From Eubacteriales bacterium (GTDB lineage Bacteria; Bacillota; Clostridia; Oscillospirales; CAG-272): 64,000 nt of DNA. The position numbers were made by a program, and so were the translations under genes. Below the pieces are notes generated by a model. It saw nothing but the letters and a program-made list of their open reading frames with translations, had not been told where the DNA came from and did no database searches. Shown here in pieces: positions 29,268-37,787 of this stretch. The stretch lies in contig JBJDZG010000001.1 of the NCBI GenBank assembly GCA_051867875.1, positions 17,284 to 81,283 of the forward strand. Reading direction: 5' to 3'. Positions within the stretch are counted from its first letter, which is position 1; every line of letters starts with the position of its first letter.

Positions 29268-29769
29268 GCAGATAGGTCTACTCGGATTTCTCAGCGACAA
29301 AAAGAGCACTTTTATCATAATTTTGCTTTTGCTTGCAGGACTTCTGCTTTTGCTCGTTCCGGGCACGGGTGCTTCAAAAAAGACCTATGACAATAATGAA
29401 GCAAGACTGAATGAGTATGCAGCGAGCCTTGAAGGCAAAATAGCGGAGCTCTGCTCGTGCGTAAAGGGAGTTTCGTCGGTAAAGGTGACAGTGTATTTCG
29501 ATACGGGCTTTGAAACGGTCTACGCTTATAACGAGGAGAACAAGACCACGTCAAGCGGTACTAATTCCGAGAAAAAATACGTTACGGTAGGCTCCGGAAA
29601 TGATGAAAGTATGGTGCTCGTCGTCGAGAAAATGCCGAATATCTGCGGTGTGGCCATCGTTTGCAGAGGAGGTGGGGACGCATATATCTCGCGTGAGATA
29701 GTCAATCTCATCTCGTCGGCGTACGGTGTGCCGAAGAACAAAATTTACGTTGCCGAGGGCAAAAATTGA
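29245..29769 (+). CDS. spoIIIAG: Stage III sporulation protein AG
   Basis: 174 aa with a GTG start 5 nt after AGGAGG, an N-terminal TM helix and a ring-building-motif-like C-terminal domain (…ICGVAIVCRGGGD…). Confidence 0.85.
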   Translation: MEKERKNKQIGLLGFLSDKKSTFIIILLLLAGLLLLLVPGTGASKKTYDNNEARLNEYAASLEGKIAELCSCVKGVSSVKVTVYFDTGFETVYAYNEENKTTSSGTNSEKKYVTVGSGNDESMVLVVEKMPNICGVAIVCRGGGDAYISREIVNLISSAYGVPKNKIYVAEGKN

Positions 29770-29853
29770 ACAAATTGAACATTATATGTTCTAAAAGTGA
29801 AAAGTGTGCTATATACATATAGTGTACTTCAAGAAAATGGGAGGATTTAATCT

Positions 29854-30444
29854 ATGAATACTGAAGAAAAGTACGAACTTATGGAAACTGAAGAACAGAG
29901 CGTTATGGATAAGATAAAACAGTTTTTTGCACGTATAGGACGCAGAAATCTCATAATTATCGGAGCCGTATTGCTCGTAGGTGTTGCCGTATGTCTTAAC
30001 TGGGTGCTCTTTGCGAACAGCGGAGACGGCGGTTATGATTATAACGACGGCGCAGACCAGGCAGGAACAAACAACGACGGCGGTACGAGTGAAGTACTTG
30101 CATACTTTGCATCAACTCAGGTCAGCCGTGACAGAGCCCGCGACGAAGCGCTTGCAGTTCTTCAAAACGTAGTCGATTCCGCTGACGCGGACAGCGCTGA
30201 AAAGAAGCAGGCACTTGAAGATATTGCAACGATAGCAAACAACATCGAAGCAGAGGCAAATATCGAAGCTATGGTAATGGCTAAGGGCTTTGAGCAGTGC
30301 GTTGCCATCATCAACGACGGTATGTGCACCGTTGTCGTAATGACCGACGGCTTGCTTGCAAATCAGATATCCCAGATTAATGAGATAGTTTACGAGCAGA
30401 CAGGTATCAAGCCCGTAAATATCAAATACGTAGAGAAGAAGTAA
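29854..30444 (+). CDS. spoIIIAH: Stage III sporulation protein AH
   Basis: 196 aa with an N-terminal TM helix and a SpoIIIAH-like region (QVSRDRARDEALAVLQ...). Confidence 0.8.
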   Translation: MNTEEKYELMETEEQSVMDKIKQFFARIGRRNLIIIGAVLLVGVAVCLNWVLFANSGDGGYDYNDGADQAGTNNDGGTSEVLAYFASTQVSRDRARDEALAVLQNVVDSADADSAEKKQALEDIATIANNIEAEANIEAMVMAKGFEQCVAIINDGMCTVVVMTDGLLANQISQINEIVYEQTGIKPVNIKYVEKK

Positions 30445-30449
30445 ATGAA

Positions 30450-30480
30450 AAGCACCGACTTATGTCGGTGCTTAATTTAT
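30450..30480 (+). terminator. Hairpin terminator after the spoIIIA operon
   Basis: 10-bp stem aagcaccgac/gtcggtgctt, loop ttat, weak A/T tail. Confidence 0.6.
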
Positions 30481-30492
30481 AGGAGGTAGGAT

Positions 30493-30783
30493 ATGAATAT
30501 AATCAGTACGGCGGAGTTGCGTAAAAAGGAAATAATAAACCTCTGCGACGGCGCAAGACTCGGATACGCCTGTGATTTTGAATTTGACAAATGCTCGGCG
30601 CAGATAACGGGGTTAGTGCTCGAATGTGACGGCGGATTTTTAGGTCTCGGCTCATCTAATAAGGTGCTTATACCTTGGTGCAAAATTCAGTGCATAGGGG
30701 AGGACACGGTTCTCGTCAATTTCGACTCGCACGAGCTGAATAATTTTTGCAATAAGAAAAAAAAGAAATTGTTTGATTTTTAG
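30493..30783 (+). CDS. YlmC/YmxH-family sporulation protein (PRC-barrel)
   Basis: 96 aa; ELRKKEIINLCDGARLGYACDFEFD...IPWCKIQCIGEDTVLV is the typical YlmC/YmxH pattern; AGGAGG RBS. Confidence 0.8.
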   Translation: MNIISTAELRKKEIINLCDGARLGYACDFEFDKCSAQITGLVLECDGGFLGLGSSNKVLIPWCKIQCIGEDTVLVNFDSHELNNFCNKKKKKLFDF

Positions 30784-30824
30784 GTGCCAAATTATTAACA
30801 ATTTGTAAATTTTTGAAATAGGTA

Positions 30825-30854
30825 TTGAAAATCTATATAAGAATATGTTATAAT
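30825..30854 (+). promoter_or_regulatory. Sigma-A-type promoter for rpsB-tsf
   Basis: TTGAAA, 18-nt spacer, TGtTATAAT extended -10; leaves a leader of about 130 nt. Confidence 0.55.
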
Positions 30855-30993
30855 CTTTTGTAATTGTGCGGAAATACCGTGCAAAATCTAAAAATACACA
30901 CACAGAGGCACGAAACAATGCCGGTGTCGTGCGAAAGTGCGATTGCGATTGTTGGCTGTCTGTGGTGGAAAAAACCGGAGGAGGACATTAAAA

Positions 30994-31728
30994 ATGTCAA
31001 TTATTTCAATCAAACAGCTCCTTGAAGCTGGCGTCCATTTTGGACATCACACAAGAAGATGGAACCCCAAAATGAGCGAGTACATCTTCACAGAAAGAAA
31101 CGGTATCTACATCATCGACCTTCAGAAAACAGTTAAGAAGTTTGAAGAAGCTTACATGTTCGTACGCGATACCGCTGCAGAGGGTGGCACAATCCTTTTC
31201 GTTGGTACAAAGAAGCAGGCAACAGACGCTATCAAAGAAGAAGCTACACGTTGCGGAATGTACTACGTAAACGTTCGTTGGCCCGGTGGTATGCTTACAA
31301 ACCACAAGACAATTAAGAAGTCCATCGCTCGTCTTAACGCTCTTAACAAGATGCAGGAAGACGGCACATTCGAGCTTCTTCCCAAGAAGGAAGTTGCTAT
31401 GAAGCAGAAGGAAATCTTCGACCTTGAGAAGAGCTACGGCGGTATCAAGGATATGGAAACGCTTCCTTCCGCAATTTTCATCGTTGACCCCAAGAAGGAA
31501 AGAAACGCAGTTCTCGAAGCAAAGAAGCTCGGTATTCCGGTTGTTGCTATCGTTGACACAAACTGCGACCCTGACGACGCAGACTACGTAATTCCCGGTA
31601 ACGATGACGCTATCCGCGCTATCAAGCTCATCTCTTCCGTAATTGCCGACGCAGTTATCGAGGGTAAGCAGGGTGAACAGACTGTTGTTGAAACAGCTGA
31701 GCCCGTAGCAGAAGAAGTTGCAGAATAA
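30994..31728 (+). CDS. rpsB: 30S ribosomal protein S2
   Basis: 244 aa from ATG 30994 ([27 protein letters not shown]) with a GGAGGAGG RBS. Confidence 0.97.
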   Translation: MSIISIKQLLEAGVHFGHHTRRWNPKMSEYIFTERNGIYIIDLQKTVKKFEEAYMFVRDTAAEGGTILFVGTKKQATDAIKEEATRCGMYYVNVRWPGGMLTNHKTIKKSIARLNALNKMQEDGTFELLPKKEVAMKQKEIFDLEKSYGGIKDMETLPSAIFIVDPKKERNAVLEAKKLGIPVVAIVDTNCDPDDADYVIPGNDDAIRAIKLISSVIADAVIEGKQGEQTVVETAEPVAEEVAE

Positions 31729-31754
31729 TTAAAAATACAAGTGAGGACAAAATA

Positions 31755-32681
31755 ATGGCTAATATTACAGCAAAAGACGTTGCGGCTTTGCGTGCAAAGA
31801 CCGGACTTGGTATGATGGATTGCAAGAAGGCTCTTGTTGAGGCTGACGGCGACATTGATAAGGCGGTAAAGATTCTTCGCGAGAAGGGACTTGCTACTGC
31901 CGCTAAGAAGGAAAGCAGAATTGCTGCTGAGGGTATTGTTGATATCATGACAATCGGCAACGTAACTGCTATGGTTGAGGTTAACTCCGAAACCGACTTC
32001 GTTGCTAAGAACGATACGTTCAAGGAATTCGTTAAGGGACTCCTCAGAACAATCATCGCTAACAAGCCCGCTGACCTTGAAGCATTGCTCAATACAAAGT
32101 TCGACGGAACAGACACTGTCGTTAAGGATTCTCTCGTTGAGAAAATCGCTATGATAGGTGAGAAGCTTGACATTCGCCGTTTCGTAATCGTTGAGGGCAC
32201 AACAAGCACCTATATTCACGGTCTTGGCTCTATCGGCGTAATCGTATCCTTTGATGCTGATGAGGTTTGCATAAACAACGCAGGATTTGCTGAGTTTGCA
32301 AAGAACATCGCTCTTCAGGTCGGTGCATATCCCGTTGCTTACCTCAATAAGGAAGCAGTTCCCGCATCTGTAATCGAGGAAGAGAAGTCAATTCTCATGG
32401 CTCAGATTGCAAATGACCCAGTTAACTCCAAGAAGCCTCCTCAGATTATTGAGAAGATGGTACTTGGCCGTATCGGTAAGTTCTACGATAACAACTGCTT
32501 GCTTGAGCAGGCATACGTTAAGGAAGATTCCCTCAAGGTTTCTCAGTACGTTGCACAGACTGCTAAGGAATTCGGCGGAAACATCACAGTTACAGGCTAC
32601 TGCCGTTTTGAAAAGGGCGAGGGTATTCAGAAGAGAGAAGAAAACTTCGCTGAAGAAATCGCTAAGCTTACAAACAAATAA
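31755..32681 (+). CDS. tsf: Elongation factor Ts
   Basis: 308 aa; N-terminal UBA-like ITAKDVAALRAKTGLGMMDCKKAL; rpsB-tsf order. Confidence 0.97.
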   Translation: MANITAKDVAALRAKTGLGMMDCKKALVEADGDIDKAVKILREKGLATAAKKESRIAAEGIVDIMTIGNVTAMVEVNSETDFVAKNDTFKEFVKGLLRTIIANKPADLEALLNTKFDGTDTVVKDSLVEKIAMIGEKLDIRRFVIVEGTTSTYIHGLGSIGVIVSFDADEVCINNAGFAEFAKNIALQVGAYPVAYLNKEAVPASVIEEEKSILMAQIANDPVNSKKPPQIIEKMVLGRIGKFYDNNCLLEQAYVKEDSLKVSQYVAQTAKEFGGNITVTGYCRFEKGEGIQKREENFAEEIAKLTNK

Positions 32682-32695
32682 TTTTGTAACAAAAA

Positions 32696-32730
32696 CCCCG
32701 TGGCGTTGCCACGGGGTACTTTTGTTTTTT
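32696..32730 (+). terminator. Rho-independent terminator after tsf
   Basis: Stem ccccgtggc/gccacgggg, loop gtt, T-rich tail ending TTTTTT. Confidence 0.85.
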
Positions 32731-32734
32731 CATA

Positions 32735-32760
32735 AAAAGCTCCTATGGAAGGAGCTTTTT
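32735..32760 (-). terminator. Hairpin terminator after the GH4 gene
   Basis: Stem aaaagctcc/ggagctttt with a 7-nt loop, immediately downstream of the minus-strand stop at 32763. Confidence 0.6.
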
Positions 32761-32762
32761 GT

Positions 32763-34166
32763 TTATGCAAAGAAAGCGTCAAGGTCAAAATAGGAATCGA
32801 GATACTCTCTTGTGTTGTAGCACATTTCTTTGAATAGGGCAAAGCAATCCTCGTCGGATAGGGAGGAGCAGAGCGCCTGATTTCTGAATGAAACGTATAT
32901 TTTGCCGAGGTCGCGCTCTTTAATTCCCAAATAGCACTGCTCAATATTGTCGTTTGCCTGCTTTACGAGCCCCAGCGCTCCTTCGGGGAGGGCACGAGCT
33001 ACTACGGGGCAAACGTTGTCGTTGGAAAATACGCAGTTTGTCTCGACTATCGAGCCCAAGGGAAGCTGTAACATCTGACCCCTGTTTATTGTGTTTACAT
33101 TTGACACAACGGTCTTCATTCCGAGTAAAGCTTTGAGCAAATCAACCGCTTCTTCACTTGATTTTTTGAGGACAAATTCCTTTTTGCCCTCTGCCATCAA
33201 AATACTTTCTTCAATCTGCGCCGCCTGCTTTTTTTCTCTGAAATCAACGGTTGTAAGACCGAATTGCCATTCCTTTACAGTTTCGGGATCCTTCAAATAC
33301 CAAGTGTTCGGCAGGAACTCGGCAAGATGTCTGTCGCCCGCCGCGCCAAGCGCGCCAAAGCGGTTGTATAAATCGAATTTTACTTTGTTACCGTATGCAA
33401 AAGTGTCGTCCTTAAATGCAAATCTGTTCTTTCCACCGTCGCGTTCAAAATAGCCATCCTCGTAAAATCTGTCCATAAATTCGGGAAGCAGGGAAAAGAG
33501 GTCAATATCGCCGTAATTCGCTTTGGTTATCCAAGTGAAATGATTAACACCGCACGCATCGGTGTAAATCTGCTTTCTGTCAACTTCCATACCTTTGATT
33601 TCTTTGAGAACACAGCAGAGAAGCTCCTGTGCGTGAAAAACCTCGTGGCAACAGCCGAAAGCCTTTATTCCGGGGAAAACGTCAAACAGTGTTTTCGTGC
33701 AGATGCTCATGGGATTTGTAAAGTTTATAACCCACGCATCGGGGCAATTTTCTTTAATCTTCTTTGCAAATCCTTCGTAAATCGGAACAGTTCTCATTGC
33801 GCGGAGCACACCGCCGGGACCTGCCGTGTCGCCTACGGATTGATAAATTCCGTATTTTTCAGGCGCGTGAACGTCGCTTCTCATCTCGCGGAATGTTCCG
33901 GGGAGAATGGACATTATTACAAAATCAGCACCCGTGAGAGCTTCGTCTATGCTTTCGTAAACCTTGTAATCAAATTTTGAAGTTGCAATGGGATTTTCGT
34001 TTATATATCCGCCGATTTTAGCGTTTCGCTCTGCCGATTCGATGTCGATATCGTAAAGAGCAATCTCGCCCGAAAGTCCCTCGCTCGTTGCAAGGTCGGA
34101 CATAAAAACTCTCGCCCAGTTTTTCGAGCCGCCGCCGATATAGCAGATTTTTATATTTTTGTTCAT
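32763..34166 (-). CDS. Glycoside hydrolase family 4 (LplD-like alpha-galacturonidase / alpha-glycosidase)
   Basis: 467 aa from ATG 34166. Collinear with B. subtilis LplD as I remember it (IGGGS NAD site, SILPG, YQSVGDTxGPGG, NFTNPMS, GCCHEVF, NHFTW, GDRHLAEF). Confidence 0.9.
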   Translation of the reverse strand: MNKNIKICYIGGGSKNWARVFMSDLATSEGLSGEIALYDIDIESAERNAKIGGYINENPIATSKFDYKVYESIDEALTGADFVIMSILPGTFREMRSDVHAPEKYGIYQSVGDTAGPGGVLRAMRTVPIYEGFAKKIKENCPDAWVINFTNPMSICTKTLFDVFPGIKAFGCCHEVFHAQELLCCVLKEIKGMEVDRKQIYTDACGVNHFTWITKANYGDIDLFSLLPEFMDRFYEDGYFERDGGKNRFAFKDDTFAYGNKVKFDLYNRFGALGAAGDRHLAEFLPNTWYLKDPETVKEWQFGLTTVDFREKKQAAQIEESILMAEGKKEFVLKKSSEEAVDLLKALLGMKTVVSNVNTINRGQMLQLPLGSIVETNCVFSNDNVCPVVARALPEGALGLVKQANDNIEQCYLGIKERDLGKIYVSFRNQALCSSLSDEDCFALFKEMCYNTREYLDSYFDLDAFFA

Positions 34167-34167
34167 A

Positions 34168-34665
34168 TTACTTTTTTCCTCGGTCGTCATTTGTGATAAT
34201 CTTAAATTCTGCTGGCAAATCCTTTACCAACTGTTTTGCAATGGAAGGTCTTACGTCGTACTCGTCGATTTTGTCGATGGGGAGCCAACGCATTTTCTCA
34301 ATGCCACCGTCCGCAGTGTAACTGACGTTGTCAAATTCCTTTTTTTCGGTAGGCTTCATAAGATAGAGAAGCTCAATCGCGTGGCAGTCAAGCCCTTCGA
34401 TTGCAGTGTCGCCGCGGAAAAAATTCTGAATTAAACAAAGCGGTCTTTCTATAATAAAGTTCTCGCCCGTTTCCTCGGCAACCTCTCGGGTAATGGCGTC
34501 CTCCGCCTTCTCACCCAAATGAACTCCGCCGCCGACGGTGTAATAATAACCGCATTTCTCGCCGTAGGAGAACAGTGCGTATCCGTCAGATACGATTATT
34601 GCCGCCACTCTGTACCTGAACCAATCCTTGCCGTCGGTAAAGCAACAGTCTTTTTCCTTACTCAT
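34168..34665 (-). CDS. NUDIX hydrolase
   Basis: 165 aa with Nudix box GGGVHLGEKAEDAITREVAEETG; its stop lies 1 nt before the GH4 start. Confidence 0.85.
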   Translation of the reverse strand: MSKEKDCCFTDGKDWFRYRVAAIIVSDGYALFSYGEKCGYYYTVGGGVHLGEKAEDAITREVAEETGENFIIERPLCLIQNFFRGDTAIEGLDCHAIELLYLMKPTEKKEFDNVSYTADGGIEKMRWLPIDKIDEYDVRPSIAKQLVKDLPAEFKIITNDDRGKK

Positions 34666-34715
34666 AATCCGCCTCCTGTAAAAAATTAAAAGCGTTATGC
34701 ACGCTTTGCTTTGTA

Positions 34716-34744
34716 ATTATACAACAGAGGCGATTATTTGTCAA
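34716..34744 (-). promoter_or_regulatory. Sigma-A-type promoter for the NUDIX-GH4 operon
   Basis: Minus-strand TTGACA, 17-nt spacer, TATAAT; exact consensus. The leader contains the hairpin aagcgt/acgctt. Confidence 0.6.
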
Positions 34745-34754
34745 TATACAAATA

Positions 34755-34787
34755 TAAAAAACGACCTCGCAGTTGCCTGCGAGGTCG
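34755..34787 (-). terminator. Rho-independent terminator after ppdK
   Basis: 11-bp stem cgacctcgcag/ctgcgaggtcg, loop ttgc, followed on the minus strand by TTTTTT. Confidence 0.8.
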
Positions 34788-34812
34788 GAATTTTTATATT
34801 GTCCGTAAATAA

Positions 34813-37437
34813 TTATTTACGAAGAGCAGCCTGAGCAGCGGCAAGACGTGCAATCGGCACACGGAAGGGTGAGCAGGATACATAGTCAAGACCGATGCGG
34901 TGGCAGAATTCAACGGATGTGGGATCGCCGCCGTGTTCACCGCAGATGCCGACGTGAAGGTGCTTGTTCTCGGGTCTGCCAAGTGTAACAGCCATGTTCA
35001 TAAGCTTACCAACACCTGTTTGGTCGAGTTTTGCGAAGGGGTCATTCTCGAAAATTTTAGCGTCGTAGTATGCGCCGAGGAACTTACCTGCGTCATCGCG
35101 TGAGAAGCCGTATGTCATCTGCGTAAGGTCGTTTGTACCGAAGCAGAAGAAGTCAGCGTTCTTGGCGATTTCATCAGCAGTAAGGCAAGCTCTGGGAATT
35201 TCAATCATTGTACCAACTTCGTATTCAAGCTCAACACCTGCCTGTGCGATTTCAGCGTCAGCAGTGGAAACTACGAAGCTCTTAACATATTTAAGCTCCT
35301 TAACGTCGCCAACAAGGGGAATCATAATCTCGGGCTTAACCTTCCAGTCGGGATGAGCCTTCTGAACGTTGATAGCAGCACGGATAACTGCCTTTGTCTG
35401 CATCTTTGCGATTTCGGGATACGTTACAGCAAGACGGCAGCCACGGTGACCCATCATGGGGTTGAACTCGTGGAGAGCGGAGATAATGTTCTTGATTTCC
35501 TCAACGCTCTTGCCCTGAGCTTCTGCAAGGAGAGCGATGTCTTCCTCAGTTGTGGGAACGAACTCGTGAAGCGGGGGGTCAAGGAATCTGATGCAAACGG
35601 GGTTGCCCTCGAGTGCCTCGTAGAGCTTTTCAAAGTCGGACTGCTGGTAGGGAAGAATCTTTGCAAGTGCAATTTCTCTCTCTTCAGCGGTGTCGGAGCA
35701 AATCATCTCACGGAAAGCGGCAATTCTTTCGGGCTCGAAGAACATGTGCTCTGTACGGCAAAGACCGATACCTTCTGCACCAAGCTCACGAGCCTTCTTA
35801 GCGTCTGTGGGAGTATCTGCATTTGTTCTTACTTTAAGTGTACGGAACTCGTCAGCCCAACCCATGATTGTGCCGAAGTTGCCGGAAATCTCTGCGTCAA
35901 CGGTGGGAATGATGCCGTCGTAGATAGCACCTGTGGAACCGTCGATGGAGATGTAGTCACCCTCGTGATATGTCTTACCTGCGAGTGTGAACTTCTTGTT
36001 TTCTTCGTCCATCTTAATGTCGCCGCAACCGGAAACACAGCACTTACCCATACCGCGGGCAACAACTGCTGCGTGAGAAGTCATACCGCCGCGAACTGTA
36101 AGGATACCCTGAGCAGCCTTCATACCGGTGATGTCCTCAGGAGATGTTTCAAGACGAACGAGAACTACCTTCTTGCCGGCCTTGTGCCAAGCCTCAGCGT
36201 CCTCAGCGGAGAATACAATCTGTCCGCAAGCAGCACCGGGAGAAGCACCAAGACCTCTGCCCATGGGAGTTGCAGCCTTTACAGCCTTAGCATCGAACTG
36301 GGGGTGGAGAAGCGTGTCAAGGTTTCTCGGGTCAATCATAAGAACTGCTTCTTCCTTTGTCTTGTGGCCTTCGGCAACAAGGTCAACGGCAATCTGAAGA
36401 GCGGCCTGAGCCGTTCTCTTACCGTTACGTGTCTGAAGCATGTAGAGTTTTTCGTTTTCAATTGTGAATTCCATATCCTGCATGTCGTGATAGTGGTTCT
36501 CAAGGATTTCGCAAACCTTCTTGAACTGCTCGAATGCAGCGGGGAATTTTTGAGCCATTTCAGCTATGGGCATGGGAGTACGAACACCTGCAACAACGTC
36601 TTCGCCCTGTGCATTTGTAAGGAACTCACCCATGAGCTTCTTTTCACCTGTGGCAGGGTCACGTGTGAACGCAACGCCTGTACCGCAGTCATCACCCATG
36701 TTACCGAAAGCCATAGCCTGAACGTTTACGGCAGTACCCCAAGAGTAGGGAATGTCGTTGTCACGGCGGTAAACGTTTGCACGGGGGTTGTCCCAGGAAC
36801 GGAATACTGCTTTAACAGCACCCATAAGCTGTTCCTTGGGGTCGGAGGGGAAGTCTGTACCAATCTTCTCCTTGTATTCAGCCTTGAACTGTTCAGCGAG
36901 CTCTTTAAGGTCTTCTGCTGTAAGTTCAACGTCAAGCTTAACGCCCTTTTCTTCTTTCATCTTATCGATGAGCTCTTCAAAGTACTTCTTACCAACTTCC
37001 ATAACGACGTCGGAGTACATCTGAATAAATCTTCTGTAACAGTCGTAAGCCCAACGGGGGTTGCCGGATTTCTTAGCCAAAACTTCTACAACCTCTTCGT
37101 TAAGACCGAGGTTAAGAATTGTGTCCATCATACCGGGCATGGAAGCACGCGCACCGGAACGGACGGAAACGAGAAGGGGATTCTCGAGGTCGCCGAACTT
37201 CTTGCCTGTGATACCTTCCATCTTCACGATGTACTCGTTGATTTCAGCCTGAATTTCGGGGTTAATCTGACGGCCGTCCTCGTAGTACTGAGTGCAAGCC
37301 TCTGTGGAAATTGTGAAGCCCTGGGGAACGGGGAGACCGATGTTGGTCATCTCAGCGAGGTTCGCACCCTTACCGCCGAGGAGCTCACGCATGTCTGCAT
37401 TACCTTCTGTAAAAAGGTAGCAATACTTTTTTGCCAT
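34813..37437 (-). CDS. ppdK: Pyruvate, phosphate dikinase
   Basis: 874 aa from ATG 37437 (MAKKYCYLFTEGNADMRELLGGKGANLAEM) with a GGAGGAA RBS, the phospho-His context GGMTSHAAVVARG and the PEP-utiliser C-terminal domain. Confidence 0.97.
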   Translation of the reverse strand: MAKKYCYLFTEGNADMRELLGGKGANLAEMTNIGLPVPQGFTISTEACTQYYEDGRQINPEIQAEINEYIVKMEGITGKKFGDLENPLLVSVRSGARASMPGMMDTILNLGLNEEVVEVLAKKSGNPRWAYDCYRRFIQMYSDVVMEVGKKYFEELIDKMKEEKGVKLDVELTAEDLKELAEQFKAEYKEKIGTDFPSDPKEQLMGAVKAVFRSWDNPRANVYRRDNDIPYSWGTAVNVQAMAFGNMGDDCGTGVAFTRDPATGEKKLMGEFLTNAQGEDVVAGVRTPMPIAEMAQKFPAAFEQFKKVCEILENHYHDMQDMEFTIENEKLYMLQTRNGKRTAQAALQIAVDLVAEGHKTKEEAVLMIDPRNLDTLLHPQFDAKAVKAATPMGRGLGASPGAACGQIVFSAEDAEAWHKAGKKVVLVRLETSPEDITGMKAAQGILTVRGGMTSHAAVVARGMGKCCVSGCGDIKMDEENKKFTLAGKTYHEGDYISIDGSTGAIYDGIIPTVDAEISGNFGTIMGWADEFRTLKVRTNADTPTDAKKARELGAEGIGLCRTEHMFFEPERIAAFREMICSDTAEEREIALAKILPYQQSDFEKLYEALEGNPVCIRFLDPPLHEFVPTTEEDIALLAEAQGKSVEEIKNIISALHEFNPMMGHRGCRLAVTYPEIAKMQTKAVIRAAINVQKAHPDWKVKPEIMIPLVGDVKELKYVKSFVVSTADAEIAQAGVELEYEVGTMIEIPRACLTADEIAKNADFFCFGTNDLTQMTYGFSRDDAGKFLGAYYDAKIFENDPFAKLDQTGVGKLMNMAVTLGRPENKHLHVGICGEHGGDPTSVEFCHRIGLDYVSCSPFRVPIARLAAAQAALRK

Positions 37438-37621
37438 TTTTGATTCCTCCAAAAATTTAATATAAATAATATTTTTATAAGCGTCGGAAAGTGTCCCGCA
37501 AAAAAGCAAGACAATAAGGCATACTAATGTACGCCAAGCGGATAATTACGCTTATTCCACCGCACATTATAACACAAAAATTAAAAAAATAACATACTTT
37601 TTTAACATTTTATTACCAAAC

Positions 37622-37656
37622 ATTTGTAAACAATTTGTTAACAAATTGACAAATTG
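37622..37656. promoter_or_regulatory. Operator-like 25-nt near-perfect palindrome plus tandem ACAAATTG repeat
   Basis: ATTTGTAAACAATTTGTTAACAAAT (37622-37646, one mismatched pair) overlaps and runs into ACAAATTGACAAATTG (37641-37656), in the divergent ppdK / DUF512 intergenic region. Confidence 0.25.
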
Positions 37657-37718
37657 CATATAATTTGCCAAAAAATCAAAATATTTTAGAAATAATGCCG
37701 AAACGGGCAAAATAATCT

Positions 37719-37747
37719 TTGACAAATCTATCATTTTATGATATAAT
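37719..37747 (+). promoter_or_regulatory. Sigma-A-type promoter for the DUF512-der-obg-ppa operon
   Basis: TTGACA, 17-nt spacer, TGaTATAAT extended -10. Confidence 0.6.
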
Positions 37748-37787
37748 ACTATGTCAACTATATTCAAATTCGGAAAAAGGAAAAAGC

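Noticed and set aside
29811-29823. CATATAGT (7/8 match to the sigma-E -10 CATACAHT) in the spoIIIAG-spoIIIAH gap, considered as an internal sporulation promoter
   Set aside because: There is no ATA-type -35 element at the required 14-nt spacing. The match sits inside a short palindrome (CTATATacATATAG) and may be coincidental.
35353-37443. 696-aa stop-free ORF on the plus strand covering most of the ppdK locus
   Set aside because: It lies antisense to an unmistakable, full-length ppdK. Its translation is low-complexity and Cys/Val/Leu-rich with no recognisable motif or RBS. This is a typical shadow ORF produced by the codon bias of a highly expressed gene.
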